A stretch of DNA of 64,000 nucleotides from a virus: positions 1 to 64,000 of the IMG/VR virus record IMGVR_UViG_3300028115_001816. One strand, 5' to 3'. Below the pieces are notes generated by a model. It searched no databases. It saw only the letters and a list, made by a program, of their open reading frames with translations, and had not been told where the DNA came from. Of this stretch, positions 56,332-64,000 are shown piece by piece. Position 1 is the stretch's first letter, and each line of letters opens with the position of its first letter. The translations under genes and the position numbers were made by a program.

Positions 56332-57842
56332 TATTAGGACTAAGTGCAGGCTTTCATGATGCTGGAGCCACGTTAATTGATAAAAGTGGAAATATAAGGT
56401 TTGCAGGACATGCAGAACGTTATAGCGGTGTAAAGAATGATGCAAATTTAAACCAACAGCTTGTTGATGATGCACTAAGTTATGGTAAGCCTACAAGTAT
56501 TGCTTGGTACGAAAATACATGGCTAAAAAGAACACGTCAACTTTACAGTGGTGAATGGCGAAAAGCAATTGACTTTAATACAAGTCCTAAAAAACTAGTA
56601 ATGCCATATTTTAAGCAAACAGGACTTCTTCCAAAAACACAAAAGTTATCTATAAAAAGTTATTCACATCACAAATGTCATGCTGCCGCAGGTTTTCAGA
56701 CAAGTCCATTTAAAGAAGCAATAGCCATAGTAGTAGATGCTATTGGTGAATGGGATACAATTAGTGTTTGGAAATGTAGTTACAAACCTGTATACTTAGG
56801 AAGACCAATTGCACAGTATAAAAAAATATGGCATCAAGTATATCCACACAGTATAGGACTTTATTATAGTGCAATTACAAAGTACATAGGACTTAAACCT
56901 ATGGAAGATGAATATATTACAATGGGTATGGCAGCATATGGAAAGGCATATTTAAAAGCATATGAAGATAATTTAAAACTTGTACATGATGAAAAAGAAA
57001 TACTGTTCACACAAAATATGCACATAGGTTTAGAGGACGACTATTTTGTAGGTACTGGTTGCGATAAATTTGATATTGCTTCTGGTGCTCAGAAAGTAGT
57101 TGAGCAATTATTAAGAGGATTGTTTGAACGTTTTGCTACAAGGCAAACGAACGTCGTATTCATGGGCGGAGTAGCACTTAATTGTGTTGCAAATTCTATG
57201 CTAGAAAGTCATTGTAAAGACTTATGGATTATGCCTAATCCTGGAGATTGTGGAAGTAGTTTAGGTGCGGCAGCTTTGCAATGGGGTAAAAAGTTGCATT
57301 GGCGAGGACCATACTTAGGACACAACATACCAGGTGAGTATCCAGTAGATGCTATTATTGGTGGTTTGATTAGTAATAAAATTGTAGGAGTAGCAAGTGG
57401 TAGAGCAGAGTTTGGACCACGTGCATTAGGCACAAGAAGTTTACTAGCAGATCCACGTGGTGAAGACATAAAAGACAAAGTAAATAGTATAAAGAAAAGA
57501 CAAAAATTTAGACCATTTGCTCCTATGATTCTTGAAGAACATTTTAAAGATGAATTTGTAGTTTACAAAAAAGACAAAGAACCTTATATGCAAAGTGTTT
57601 ACAAATGTAAACATCCGGAGTTATATCCAGCAATAGTACACAAAGATGGAACAAGTAGAGTACAAACTGTAGGAAAAAATGATCATCCAGATGTACGAGC
57701 ATTGTTAGAAAAGTGGTATTTTATGACAGGTTGTCCTATGTTGTTAAACACAAGTTTAAATATAAAAGGTGAACCTATGGTAAACAATCGTGCTGATGCA
57801 GATAGATTTCAAAAAAAGTATAATGTAAAGGTATATAGTTAA
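56328..57842 (+). CDS. Carbamoyltransferase (CmcH/NodU/TobZ family)
   Basis: GFHDAGA, HHKCHAA, VDAIGE, GGVALNC, GRAEFGPRALG.RS, FRPFAP, HKDGTSRVQTV, LNTSLN. Confidence 0.93.
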   Translation: MILGLSAGFHDAGATLIDKSGNIRFAGHAERYSGVKNDANLNQQLVDDALSYGKPTSIAWYENTWLKRTRQLYSGEWRKAIDFNTSPKKLVMPYFKQTGLLPKTQKLSIKSYSHHKCHAAAGFQTSPFKEAIAIVVDAIGEWDTISVWKCSYKPVYLGRPIAQYKKIWHQVYPHSIGLYYSAITKYIGLKPMEDEYITMGMAAYGKAYLKAYEDNLKLVHDEKEILFTQNMHIGLEDDYFVGTGCDKFDIASGAQKVVEQLLRGLFERFATRQTNVVFMGGVALNCVANSMLESHCKDLWIMPNPGDCGSSLGAAALQWGKKLHWRGPYLGHNIPGEYPVDAIIGGLISNKIVGVASGRAEFGPRALGTRSLLADPRGEDIKDKVNSIKKRQKFRPFAPMILEEHFKDEFVVYKKDKEPYMQSVYKCKHPELYPAIVHKDGTSRVQTVGKNDHPDVRALLEKWYFMTGCPMLLNTSLNIKGEPMVNNRADADRFQKKYNVKVYS

Positions 57843-58157
57843 ATGGTAGATGAAAACGAATTAAGACAAAGAGTAATTGAATCACTACAAACAGTGTACG
57901 ATCCTGAAATGCCCAGTGTAAGTGTATATGATTTAGGACTTATATATAAAATAGAAATAAAAGATGACTGGGTTGGCATAGAACACACACTTACCAGTAT
58001 GGCTTGTCCTTTTGCTGATCAAATTTGTGCAGACATAGAAAATGCAGTAATGACCACACCTGGTGTTCGTGCTATTGATAGACAGTTGGTATTTGAACCT
58101 ACATTTACAATGGAAATGGTTCCTGAAGAAACTAAACTAATTATGGGATGGTACTAA
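57843..58157 (+). CDS. DUF59/SufT (MIP18-like) Fe-S cluster maturation protein
   Basis: VYDPEM..SVYDLGLIY..TLTSMACP. Confidence 0.88.
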   Translation: MVDENELRQRVIESLQTVYDPEMPSVSVYDLGLIYKIEIKDDWVGIEHTLTSMACPFADQICADIENAVMTTPGVRAIDRQLVFEPTFTMEMVPEETKLIMGWY

Positions 58158-58264
58158 TGGATACTAGAATGCTATTTGGCTTACTTGCATTACCGTTACT
58201 TGCATATATTGGATACTATGTTGGTTTAGAGCTTTGGTGCTATGCATATGGACTTTTGTATTAA
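58157..58264 (+). CDS. Small hydrophobic protein, 35 aa
   Basis: Not in ORF track. MDTRMLFGLLALPLLAYIGYYVGLELWCYAYGLLY; TAATG coupling to upstream gene; fills the gap. Confidence 0.5.
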   Translation: MDTRMLFGLLALPLLAYIGYYVGLELWCYAYGLLY

Positions 58265-58267
58265 TTA

Positions 58268-59509
58268 ATGTTCGATATTTATTGTATGCAAATGGGTGGT
58301 AAAACAAGTCTGCCAAAACATACACAATATACCAGATATAATAATACTCATTTAGCAACTATAAAACGTATAGTTGAAAAAGCTCAGACTGAATACGTAT
58401 GGGTTGTAAGTGATTTATGTGACTATACAGATTTTGATTTCACATGGCAACCTGTTCCTTGGGAAGCAGATCAAATACATTGTTGGGCAAGTAACAATCA
58501 ACAGTATGGTGATACTTTTTTGATACCTGTAAGTGCGTTTAAGCGTCAAGCAGACACCCTAAAAGTATTAGGCTGGTACAAACATATAAATTGGCATAGT
58601 GATGGTGTAAAACGGACTACATTAGGCAACATGTATGACTGGATTCATTATAGTGATGCACGTTTTGAATTTACTCCTAATTTATGGGAAAAACGCATTC
58701 TACATAGTTTTGGAAAGAATGGTAGCGTACTACTAGTGCCTAGAGACTGTAAACAGTATTTTAGGACACAATATTATGACTATCCCTATATATTGCGTCA
58801 TACTGACTGGAATGTAAACGAAAAACCACAAGATATAGTGTTCATTAGTTATGACGAAAAAAACGCCGATTTAAACTATAATATACTTAAAAAACAGCAT
58901 TCGAGAACTAAAAGATTACATGGTATAAAAGGTATGGAAAATGCTTTGTATGAAGCAGCTATGCTAAGTGATACAGATTGGTTTTTTGCAGTATTTGCAA
59001 AAACACTTATACATGAAAATTTTGATTTTAGTTACTTGCCTGATAGACTACAAGGCAATAAGCATTATATCTTTAATTGTAAAAATACAGTAAACGATTT
59101 AGAATATGGACATATGGGGATAATTCTCTATAATAAACAAATGATTATAGAAAGTCATGACTATGAAAAGTTAGGCTTAGATTATACTATGAGTCATAGG
59201 CATGATGTCGTGCCTGAGGTAAGTTGTTATGGAGTTTTCAACACAAGTGCTTTTGAAACATGGCGAAGTGCATTTAGAGAAACAATAAAACTTGCACAAC
59301 AACTAGATGAAAAACCTACAATAGAAACCAGATATAGATTAAAAGTTTGGTGTACAAAAGCACAAGGTGACTTTGCAGAATATTGCACTGCAGGTGCTAA
59401 TCATGGAGTTGAGTTTTATAACCAATATAAAAATGATATGCAAGAATTAAAGAAAACTTTTAGATGGGATTGGTTGCAATCTTATTTTGATAACAAGTTT
59501 TTAACTTGA
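58268..59509 (+). CDS. Two-domain glycosyltransferase-like protein (C-terminal half paralogous to 39222-40133)
   Basis: TEYVWVVSD; DIVFISYDE, LHGIKG, NDLEYGHMG, TWRSAFRETIKL. Confidence 0.55.
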   Translation: MFDIYCMQMGGKTSLPKHTQYTRYNNTHLATIKRIVEKAQTEYVWVVSDLCDYTDFDFTWQPVPWEADQIHCWASNNQQYGDTFLIPVSAFKRQADTLKVLGWYKHINWHSDGVKRTTLGNMYDWIHYSDARFEFTPNLWEKRILHSFGKNGSVLLVPRDCKQYFRTQYYDYPYILRHTDWNVNEKPQDIVFISYDEKNADLNYNILKKQHSRTKRLHGIKGMENALYEAAMLSDTDWFFAVFAKTLIHENFDFSYLPDRLQGNKHYIFNCKNTVNDLEYGHMGIILYNKQMIIESHDYEKLGLDYTMSHRHDVVPEVSCYGVFNTSAFETWRSAFRETIKLAQQLDEKPTIETRYRLKVWCTKAQGDFAEYCTAGANHGVEFYNQYKNDMQELKKTFRWDWLQSYFDNKFLT

Positions 59510-60333
59510 TCAACAGTGTCTGCTACTGCTAATGCACTATTGATATTTGTAGTTGGTTGTTTTCTGCTTTTAACACAATTTATAAAATGTTCTAATTCGT
59601 ATTCTAAAGGTGATTTATCATAGTCATAAATGTAAACTGTTGGTGATACGGCTATGGCTCTGTTGTCTGTAACACGGTTGAGATAGTGTGTAACAGTATT
59701 TTGATCTTGGTCCCAAACTATTTGTCCCTTTGTTCCTAGTATAGTTGTCCTACGTATTCTTGTAGGCGAATACCAACTTACATCAATGTCAAATCGTTCT
59801 CCTGAAAACCATACTCTATCAGGATTTGTTTGGCTAGTAAAATTAAACTGCCTTGCCACTGTAGGTTTAATAGTGCCTATCAATTCTTGCACTATTGAAA
59901 TATCATGCACTGCTAAACTTAACAGTGGATCTGTTTTTGTTTGATATATCCCCCAATTTGATCTTTCACTACTAACATGTATGATTTCACCAATGTCAAT
60001 ATTTGTTATCTTTTCCATCTGTGGATGATGTATAAAGATATGTCCAACCATCAGTATATGATTGTCAACTATTCTTGCTATATGTTCTAATTGTTCTTCT
60101 GTTTCTGCCATTGGTTTTTCAACATAAACATCATGACCTCTGCTTAAAAGTTCTACAGTCTGTTCATAGTGTTGCCATAATGGAGTTGCAAGTATTACTG
60201 GGTCAGTGTTTTTGATATCGTCAATTGTTTGTCCATTTTTAATATCAATTATGTTTGTGCTTACACCAAGTTTTTGCAAACTTTGGTCAACTTTACTTCC
60301 CCAATAACCTGCACCAACTAAATTTACTTTCAT
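59482..60333 (-). CDS. Gfo/Idh/MocA oxidoreductase (WlbA/WbpB-like)
   Basis: VGAGYWG, ATP..H, VYVEKPMA, VGH, LAVHD. Confidence 0.88.
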   Translation of the reverse strand: MKVNLVGAGYWGSKVDQSLQKLGVSTNIIDIKNGQTIDDIKNTDPVILATPLWQHYEQTVELLSRGHDVYVEKPMAETEEQLEHIARIVDNHILMVGHIFIHHPQMEKITNIDIGEIIHVSSERSNWGIYQTKTDPLLSLAVHDISIVQELIGTIKPTVARQFNFTSQTNPDRVWFSGERFDIDVSWYSPTRIRRTTILGTKGQIVWDQDQNTVTHYLNRVTDNRAIAVSPTVYIYDYDKSPLEYELEHFINCVKSRKQPTTNINSALAVADTVDQVKNLLSK

Positions 60334-61409
60334 CGTACTTTTATAACCTTTTGTGCTATATATTCTACTTGTGAGTCTGTAAGACTTGGATAAACAGGTA
60401 TACTAAAAATTTCATTACTAAGTTTTTCTGTATTAGGCAAGTTTTTATGCCAGGGAGCAAATGCTGGTGTAGAGTGTGCAGGGTTTGCATAATGAATATT
60501 TGTTTGTATACCGTGTTCTAATAATTCATTTCTTATTCTATCTCTATTTTCATGTTGTAACACATAAACATAATAACTATGTTGTCCCCAACCTAATTCT
60601 TGCATTCTAGTATAATAATTTTTAAATTGCTCATTGTAGTATTGTGCAATTTGGTATTTTCGATCTAGCCATCCTTGTAAGTAAGGAAGTTTGGCTTGTA
60701 CTACCTTTGCTTGAATATTATCAATACGAGCATTATAACCTAAGTATTCGTATACGTATTTTGTATCTCTACCGTGGTTGCTATAGTACCTTGCTAAGTC
60801 TACTAAATCCTTGCGACCAGTAACACATCCTGCATCACCTATTGCTCCTAAATTTTTTACAGGATTAAAACTAATACACGTCAAATCTGCTAAACTGCCT
60901 ACTCGTCTATTTTTATATTTGTATCCAAAAGATTGAGCAGCATCCGCAATAGCAAAAATATTGTGTTTTCTACATAGAGATACTAATGCATCACAATCAG
61001 GAGTTTGACCATATAAATCTACCCATAATATTGCTTTAGTTTTATCTGTAATTAAACTTTCTGCTTGTGCAATATCTATAAGTCCTGTGGTTTCATCTAC
61101 ATCACAAAAAACTGGAGTAGCACCTACTGTGCATACTGCTTCAGGAGTACTTACAAAAGTATGACTTACAGTAATTACTTCATCGCCTGGGCCTATTCCA
61201 CATGCTTTTAAACTTATTTGTAATGCAGTAGTGCCAGAACCACATGCACTACAACCTTCTGCACCTGTATATTCAGCAAATATTTTTTCAAACTCTGTAA
61301 CATCAGGACCTGTAATAAAACTATTATTTTCCAAACAATGTTTTATTGCTTGGTCAATTTCTGTTTTACATTCTTGATATTCAGATTGTAAATCTGTAAA
61401 TGTTATCAT
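60330..61409 (-). CDS. DegT/DnrJ/EryC1/StrS PLP aminotransferase
   Basis: SGTTAL, GPGDEVI, DAAQSFG, SFNPVKNLGAIGDAG, GYNARID. Confidence 0.93.
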   Translation of the reverse strand: MITFTDLQSEYQECKTEIDQAIKHCLENNSFITGPDVTEFEKIFAEYTGAEGCSACGSGTTALQISLKACGIGPGDEVITVSHTFVSTPEAVCTVGATPVFCDVDETTGLIDIAQAESLITDKTKAILWVDLYGQTPDCDALVSLCRKHNIFAIADAAQSFGYKYKNRRVGSLADLTCISFNPVKNLGAIGDAGCVTGRKDLVDLARYYSNHGRDTKYVYEYLGYNARIDNIQAKVVQAKLPYLQGWLDRKYQIAQYYNEQFKNYYTRMQELGWGQHSYYVYVLQHENRDRIRNELLEHGIQTNIHYANPAHSTPAFAPWHKNLPNTEKLSNEIFSIPVYPSLTDSQVEYIAQKVIKVR

Positions 61410-62278
61410 AGTCTACTTAGAACTTCATCTAATCCTTGTGTCAGAGAAAATTTAGGACTGTAACCTAATTCTGTTTTTGCTTTAGTAATATCTAATGTGC
61501 CTCTTGTGGGATAATTATCAGGTACTGGTTCAGCAGTATAATTAGGTTTCTTGTTTAGTTTTTTATACAACATATTTGTAAAATTTTCAAGTGTATGTGC
61601 TTCGCTTCTAGTAATATTATAAATTTGATTATTAGCACCGTTTTCACATATTAGTTGTAAGCCTTGGATAACATCATCCACATGAGTAAAATCAAATAGG
61701 TTATCTGCACCTTTTAGTACTATAGGTTGATTGTTCATAATTTTGTTTATAAAAAGTTGCGTAACACGTTTACGATTATCACCATAACCATATACTGCAC
61801 TTGGTCTTACTATTGTATAATTGTTATGGAACTGCTTTACTATGCCTTCTCCTAGTAATTTTAGTTGTCCATATATATTGTTAGGAGATGCTAAGTCTTT
61901 CTCAGACATGGATTCTTTTGTCCAGTTACCGTATACCATACTACTGCTTATGTAAATAAAGTGACTGTCTTGATACTGTCTTATGGCTCTGCTTAATCCT
62001 TGAGTTCCAGTACGATATGCTTCTTTGGGATTTTGTATAACACTTGCTAGATTTGGTCTAGCTGCTAAAAAAATAACTGTATCAAATTCTAAGGGTGTAT
62101 TTGCAATACGATATATTTTGCCTCTTGGAATATCTAAATTTATATTTTGATCACTTAATAAATCAAATGTTGAACAATCGTATTTTTCATTGGATAGTTC
62201 TATAAAGCGACTGCCTATAAATCCTTCTCCGCCTATTAGTAATATTTTATCCAAAGTATACCTCATATAATACACCAA
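61406..62278 (-). CDS. NAD-dependent epimerase/dehydratase (start may be TTG at 62254)
   Basis: GGEGFIG, SSSMVYG, YGQLK, RPSAVYG, DFTHVDD. Confidence 0.88.
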   Translation of the reverse strand: MVYYMRYTLDKILLIGGEGFIGSRFIELSNEKYDCSTFDLLSDQNINLDIPRGKIYRIANTPLEFDTVIFLAARPNLASVIQNPKEAYRTGTQGLSRAIRQYQDSHFIYISSSMVYGNWTKESMSEKDLASPNNIYGQLKLLGEGIVKQFHNNYTIVRPSAVYGYGDNRKRVTQLFINKIMNNQPIVLKGADNLFDFTHVDDVIQGLQLICENGANNQIYNITRSEAHTLENFTNMLYKKLNKKPNYTAEPVPDNYPTRGTLDITKAKTELGYSPKFSLTQGLDEVLSRL

Positions 62279-62339
62279 TTACTACTGCACATATTACACA
62301 GTTCAATAAGTGTAGTGCTATATAATCACTAGGTTTCAT
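62247..62339 (-). CDS. Small hydrophobic protein, 30 aa
   Basis: Hand translation MKPSDYIALHLLNCVICAVVIGVLYEVYFG; overlaps neighbours. Confidence 0.4.
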   Translation of the reverse strand: MKPSDYIALHLLNCVICAVVIGVLYEVYFG

Positions 62340-62481
62340 TTTTATCTCTTGGGAAATATACTACTGCCACACTACCACATGTTGCACAACTAAAATTACT
62401 TTCTATTACAAACTCAGGATCGTCATCTAAGTCTTGGTCACCACCCCAGATAAGTTCGTCTTGACAATGCCAGCAGTTCAC
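62329..62481 (-). CDS. Small zinc-ribbon protein, 50 aa
   Basis: GTG start; MNCWHCQDELIWGGDQD...FSCATCGS (two CxxC). Confidence 0.65.
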   Translation of the reverse strand: MNCWHCQDELIWGGDQDLDDDPEFVIESNFSCATCGSVAVVYFPRDKNET

Positions 62482-62482
62482 T

Positions 62483-62593
62483 CTAAAAGAATCCTAATAA
62501 AGACATTGCGACTGCCCAACCTATTATTACAATACCAATGTTTGCTATCCACTTATGCCAAAAGTTTGGATCATTGTCATTTAATTTAAACAT
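62483..62593 (-). CDS. Small membrane protein, 36 aa
   Basis: MFKLNDNDPNFWHKWIANIGIVIIGWAVAMSLLGFF; GAGG SD. Confidence 0.5.
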   Translation of the reverse strand: MFKLNDNDPNFWHKWIANIGIVIIGWAVAMSLLGFF

Positions 62594-62803
62594 TTAATTA
62601 GCCTCGTTTATATTGTAAGTTTTTATAGTATCCTCAGTCATTATGCCTGTACGAAAGTTTTCTATAGCATCTTCTACATAATACATACTTTTGTCACTGT
62701 AGTCAACCAAACCTAACATTTTTCCGTCTTGATAAAATTCTACGTATACTTTGTCACCAACACGTTTAATTTTAGTATCACGATTTTCCATAATGTCAGT
62801 CAT
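62594..62803 (-). CDS. Hypothetical protein
   Basis: Start reassigned to ATG 62803 (AGGAG SD, ATGA overlap with upstream stop). Confidence 0.6.
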   Translation of the reverse strand: MTDIMENRDTKIKRVGDKVYVEFYQDGKMLGLVDYSDKSMYYVEDAIENFRTGIMTEDTIKTYNINEAN

Positions 62804-63039
62804 TTGTTCTCCTGTATTTTTTTGTAGATTGAATGTAAAATATAAAACCAAACACCATTTATAGCAGGTTCTACAAGTGCTACTGCACCAGCCTCCCACA
62901 AACTTGCTCCAGTCATAACACTTACAACAGTCATAGCAATTAATACATGACCCAGTGTATAGATAAGTGCAAGAGTAAGACTGCTGCCTTTGATTACATG
63001 TTTAAGAAAATTATAAGCACCTTGTGTAAATTCGGTCAT
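62800..63039 (-). CDS. DUF2061-like small membrane protein
   Basis: LALIYTLGHVLIA..ALVEPAINGVWFYILH. Confidence 0.65.
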   Translation of the reverse strand: MTEFTQGAYNFLKHVIKGSSLTLALIYTLGHVLIAMTVVSVMTGASLWEAGAVALVEPAINGVWFYILHSIYKKIQENK

Positions 63040-63254
63040 TATTCATCTCCGACTAAATCTCTTTGCTTGTCTTTGTACTCTAAATATTTCTCAAAAACTT
63101 GTTCTGGCTGAAGTTCTTTACTTTCCATGTAACGTATTGCATCACCTGCTCGTTTTACAACCCCCATTCTTACTAAGTATGAACAAGCAATTATAAAATC
63201 GTTTTTGCTACAATTTAACTTATTGATTAAATCTGCAGGATGTTTTGCTCCCAT
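63039..63254 (-). CDS. Hypothetical protein
   Basis: AAGGAG SD; coupled to downstream ORF. Confidence 0.6.
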   Translation of the reverse strand: MGAKHPADLINKLNCSKNDFIIACSYLVRMGVVKRAGDAIRYMESKELQPEQVFEKYLEYKDKQRDLVGDE

Positions 63255-63264
63255 ATTTTACTCC

Positions 63265-63927
63265 TTAAAGAGTTTTTGCTAAAGGAAATATTTCTGCTAT
63301 TACTTTAGCACATTCATGAGCAATTTCCATATGCTCTTTTTGTGTACCGTTTGCACCACGTAGTTCTATATAATGGAACCAACTTCTTAGTGTACCATTC
63401 ATGTATAGTGTTGTAGTTGTAATACCTTCTGGTAATACTTTACGAGCCTGTTCTTTAGCAATGCCATTACCTATTGCCCAGTCATAGGTTTCTTTGGCAA
63501 TATCTGCTACTGCTTTTTGTCGTTTATTCCAATTAGCCTGTAAAACCGCATCATCTACTTCTATACTATTTTGTCTATTTTTAGTATCTTGTAGTCTTGC
63601 TTCACTATATTCAAATAGTTCACCTTGTAAATCTGGATCAGCATAACGTTGACTGAATTCTTGAAAACTAAAACTTCTGTGTCTTACAATCTGATGTGCA
63701 ATATCACGAGTTGTTTTTATTTCCAAACATGCACTAACCATTTCTAATGGTGACCAATGTTGATGTTTTATTAAGTACCTAATAAGTTTTTCACTTGTTT
63801 CTGTATTGATTTGTGCAGTAGGATTACTTACTCTAGCACAGAATGCAATTAATTCCTGTACGTCATCTATACCTTCTGCTTCATATTCTGAAGCAGGTTT
63901 GCTATAACTTACTAATTTTACTTTCAT
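63265..63927 (-). CDS. thyX: FAD-dependent thymidylate synthase
   Basis: HWSPLEM, RHRSFSFQEFSQRY, AKEQARKVLP, TQKEH. Confidence 0.95.
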   Translation of the reverse strand: MKVKLVSYSKPASEYEAEGIDDVQELIAFCARVSNPTAQINTETSEKLIRYLIKHQHWSPLEMVSACLEIKTTRDIAHQIVRHRSFSFQEFSQRYADPDLQGELFEYSEARLQDTKNRQNSIEVDDAVLQANWNKRQKAVADIAKETYDWAIGNGIAKEQARKVLPEGITTTTLYMNGTLRSWFHYIELRGANGTQKEHMEIAHECAKVIAEIFPLAKTL

Positions 63928-64000
63928 TATAATACACTTTCTAACTTTGTTGCAAATTCTTCAAAGTAATTTTTATGACTTAATATACCAGGATGTTTGC
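63927..64000 (-). CDS. 3' end of an upstream gene (partial)
   Basis: ...KHPGILSHKNYFEEFATKLESVL-stop; TAATG overlap with thyX. Confidence 0.45.
   Translation of the reverse strand, partial: KHPGILSHKNYFEEFATKLESVL

Noticed and set aside
41088-58264. RiPP cluster interpretation of the rSAM array
   Set aside because: No clear leader/core precursor, RRE domain, peptidase or exporter; neighbours are sugar enzymes. Not fully excluded.
37042-62278. Bacterial LPS/capsule locus or chimeric assembly
   Set aside because: Continuous with phage tail genes and thyX, similar AT-rich composition, no wzx/wzy/ABC exporter; read coverage would be the decisive check.
1-64000. Stop-codon reassignment, introns/inteins, tRNAs, CRISPR arrays
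   Set aside because: Genes tile cleanly in code 11 using all three stops; intergenic gaps are short; no spaced repeats, cloverleafs or intein motifs seen by eye.

Overview
AT-rich, gene-dense fragment of a large T4-related myovirus-type dsDNA phage (standard genetic code; no tRNA, rRNA, CRISPR array or IS seen). It has four blocks. (1) 1-6851, minus strand: gp55-like late sigma factor, gp47 and gp46 recombination nuclease subunits, a SAM methyltransferase, two radical SAM (rSAM) genes, a small Hc1-like basic protein and a GIY-YIG nuclease. (2) 6931-36984, plus strand: late baseplate/tail module (gp53-, hub-, gp5-, gp25-, gp6-like, a 4422-aa wedge/adhesin protein, tail fibres) with T4-type (T/G/A)ATAAATA late promoters. 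(3) 37042-59509, plus strand: a tightly coupled ~22.5 kb modification island. It holds five N-terminal-twitch rSAMs, one B12-dependent rSAM, about seven glycosyltransferase-like genes, sugar epimerases, a cupin, an APS kinase plus HxGH nucleotidyltransferase, a carbamoyltransferase and a DUF59 Fe-S maturation factor. (4) 59482-64000, minus strand: amino-sugar genes (epimerase, DegT aminotransferase, Gfo/Idh/MocA), small ORFs and thyX. The best candidate for an undescribed system is the multi-radical-SAM glycan-tailoring island next to Ser/Thr-rich tail genes; its substrate is inferred, not shown. Features read directly from the DNA include an ATT start for gp46, two leaderless sigma70-type promoters (one with a UNCG hairpin in its spacer), and a gp55 promoter overlapped by a late promoter. 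All product calls come from motif recognition, not database searches.
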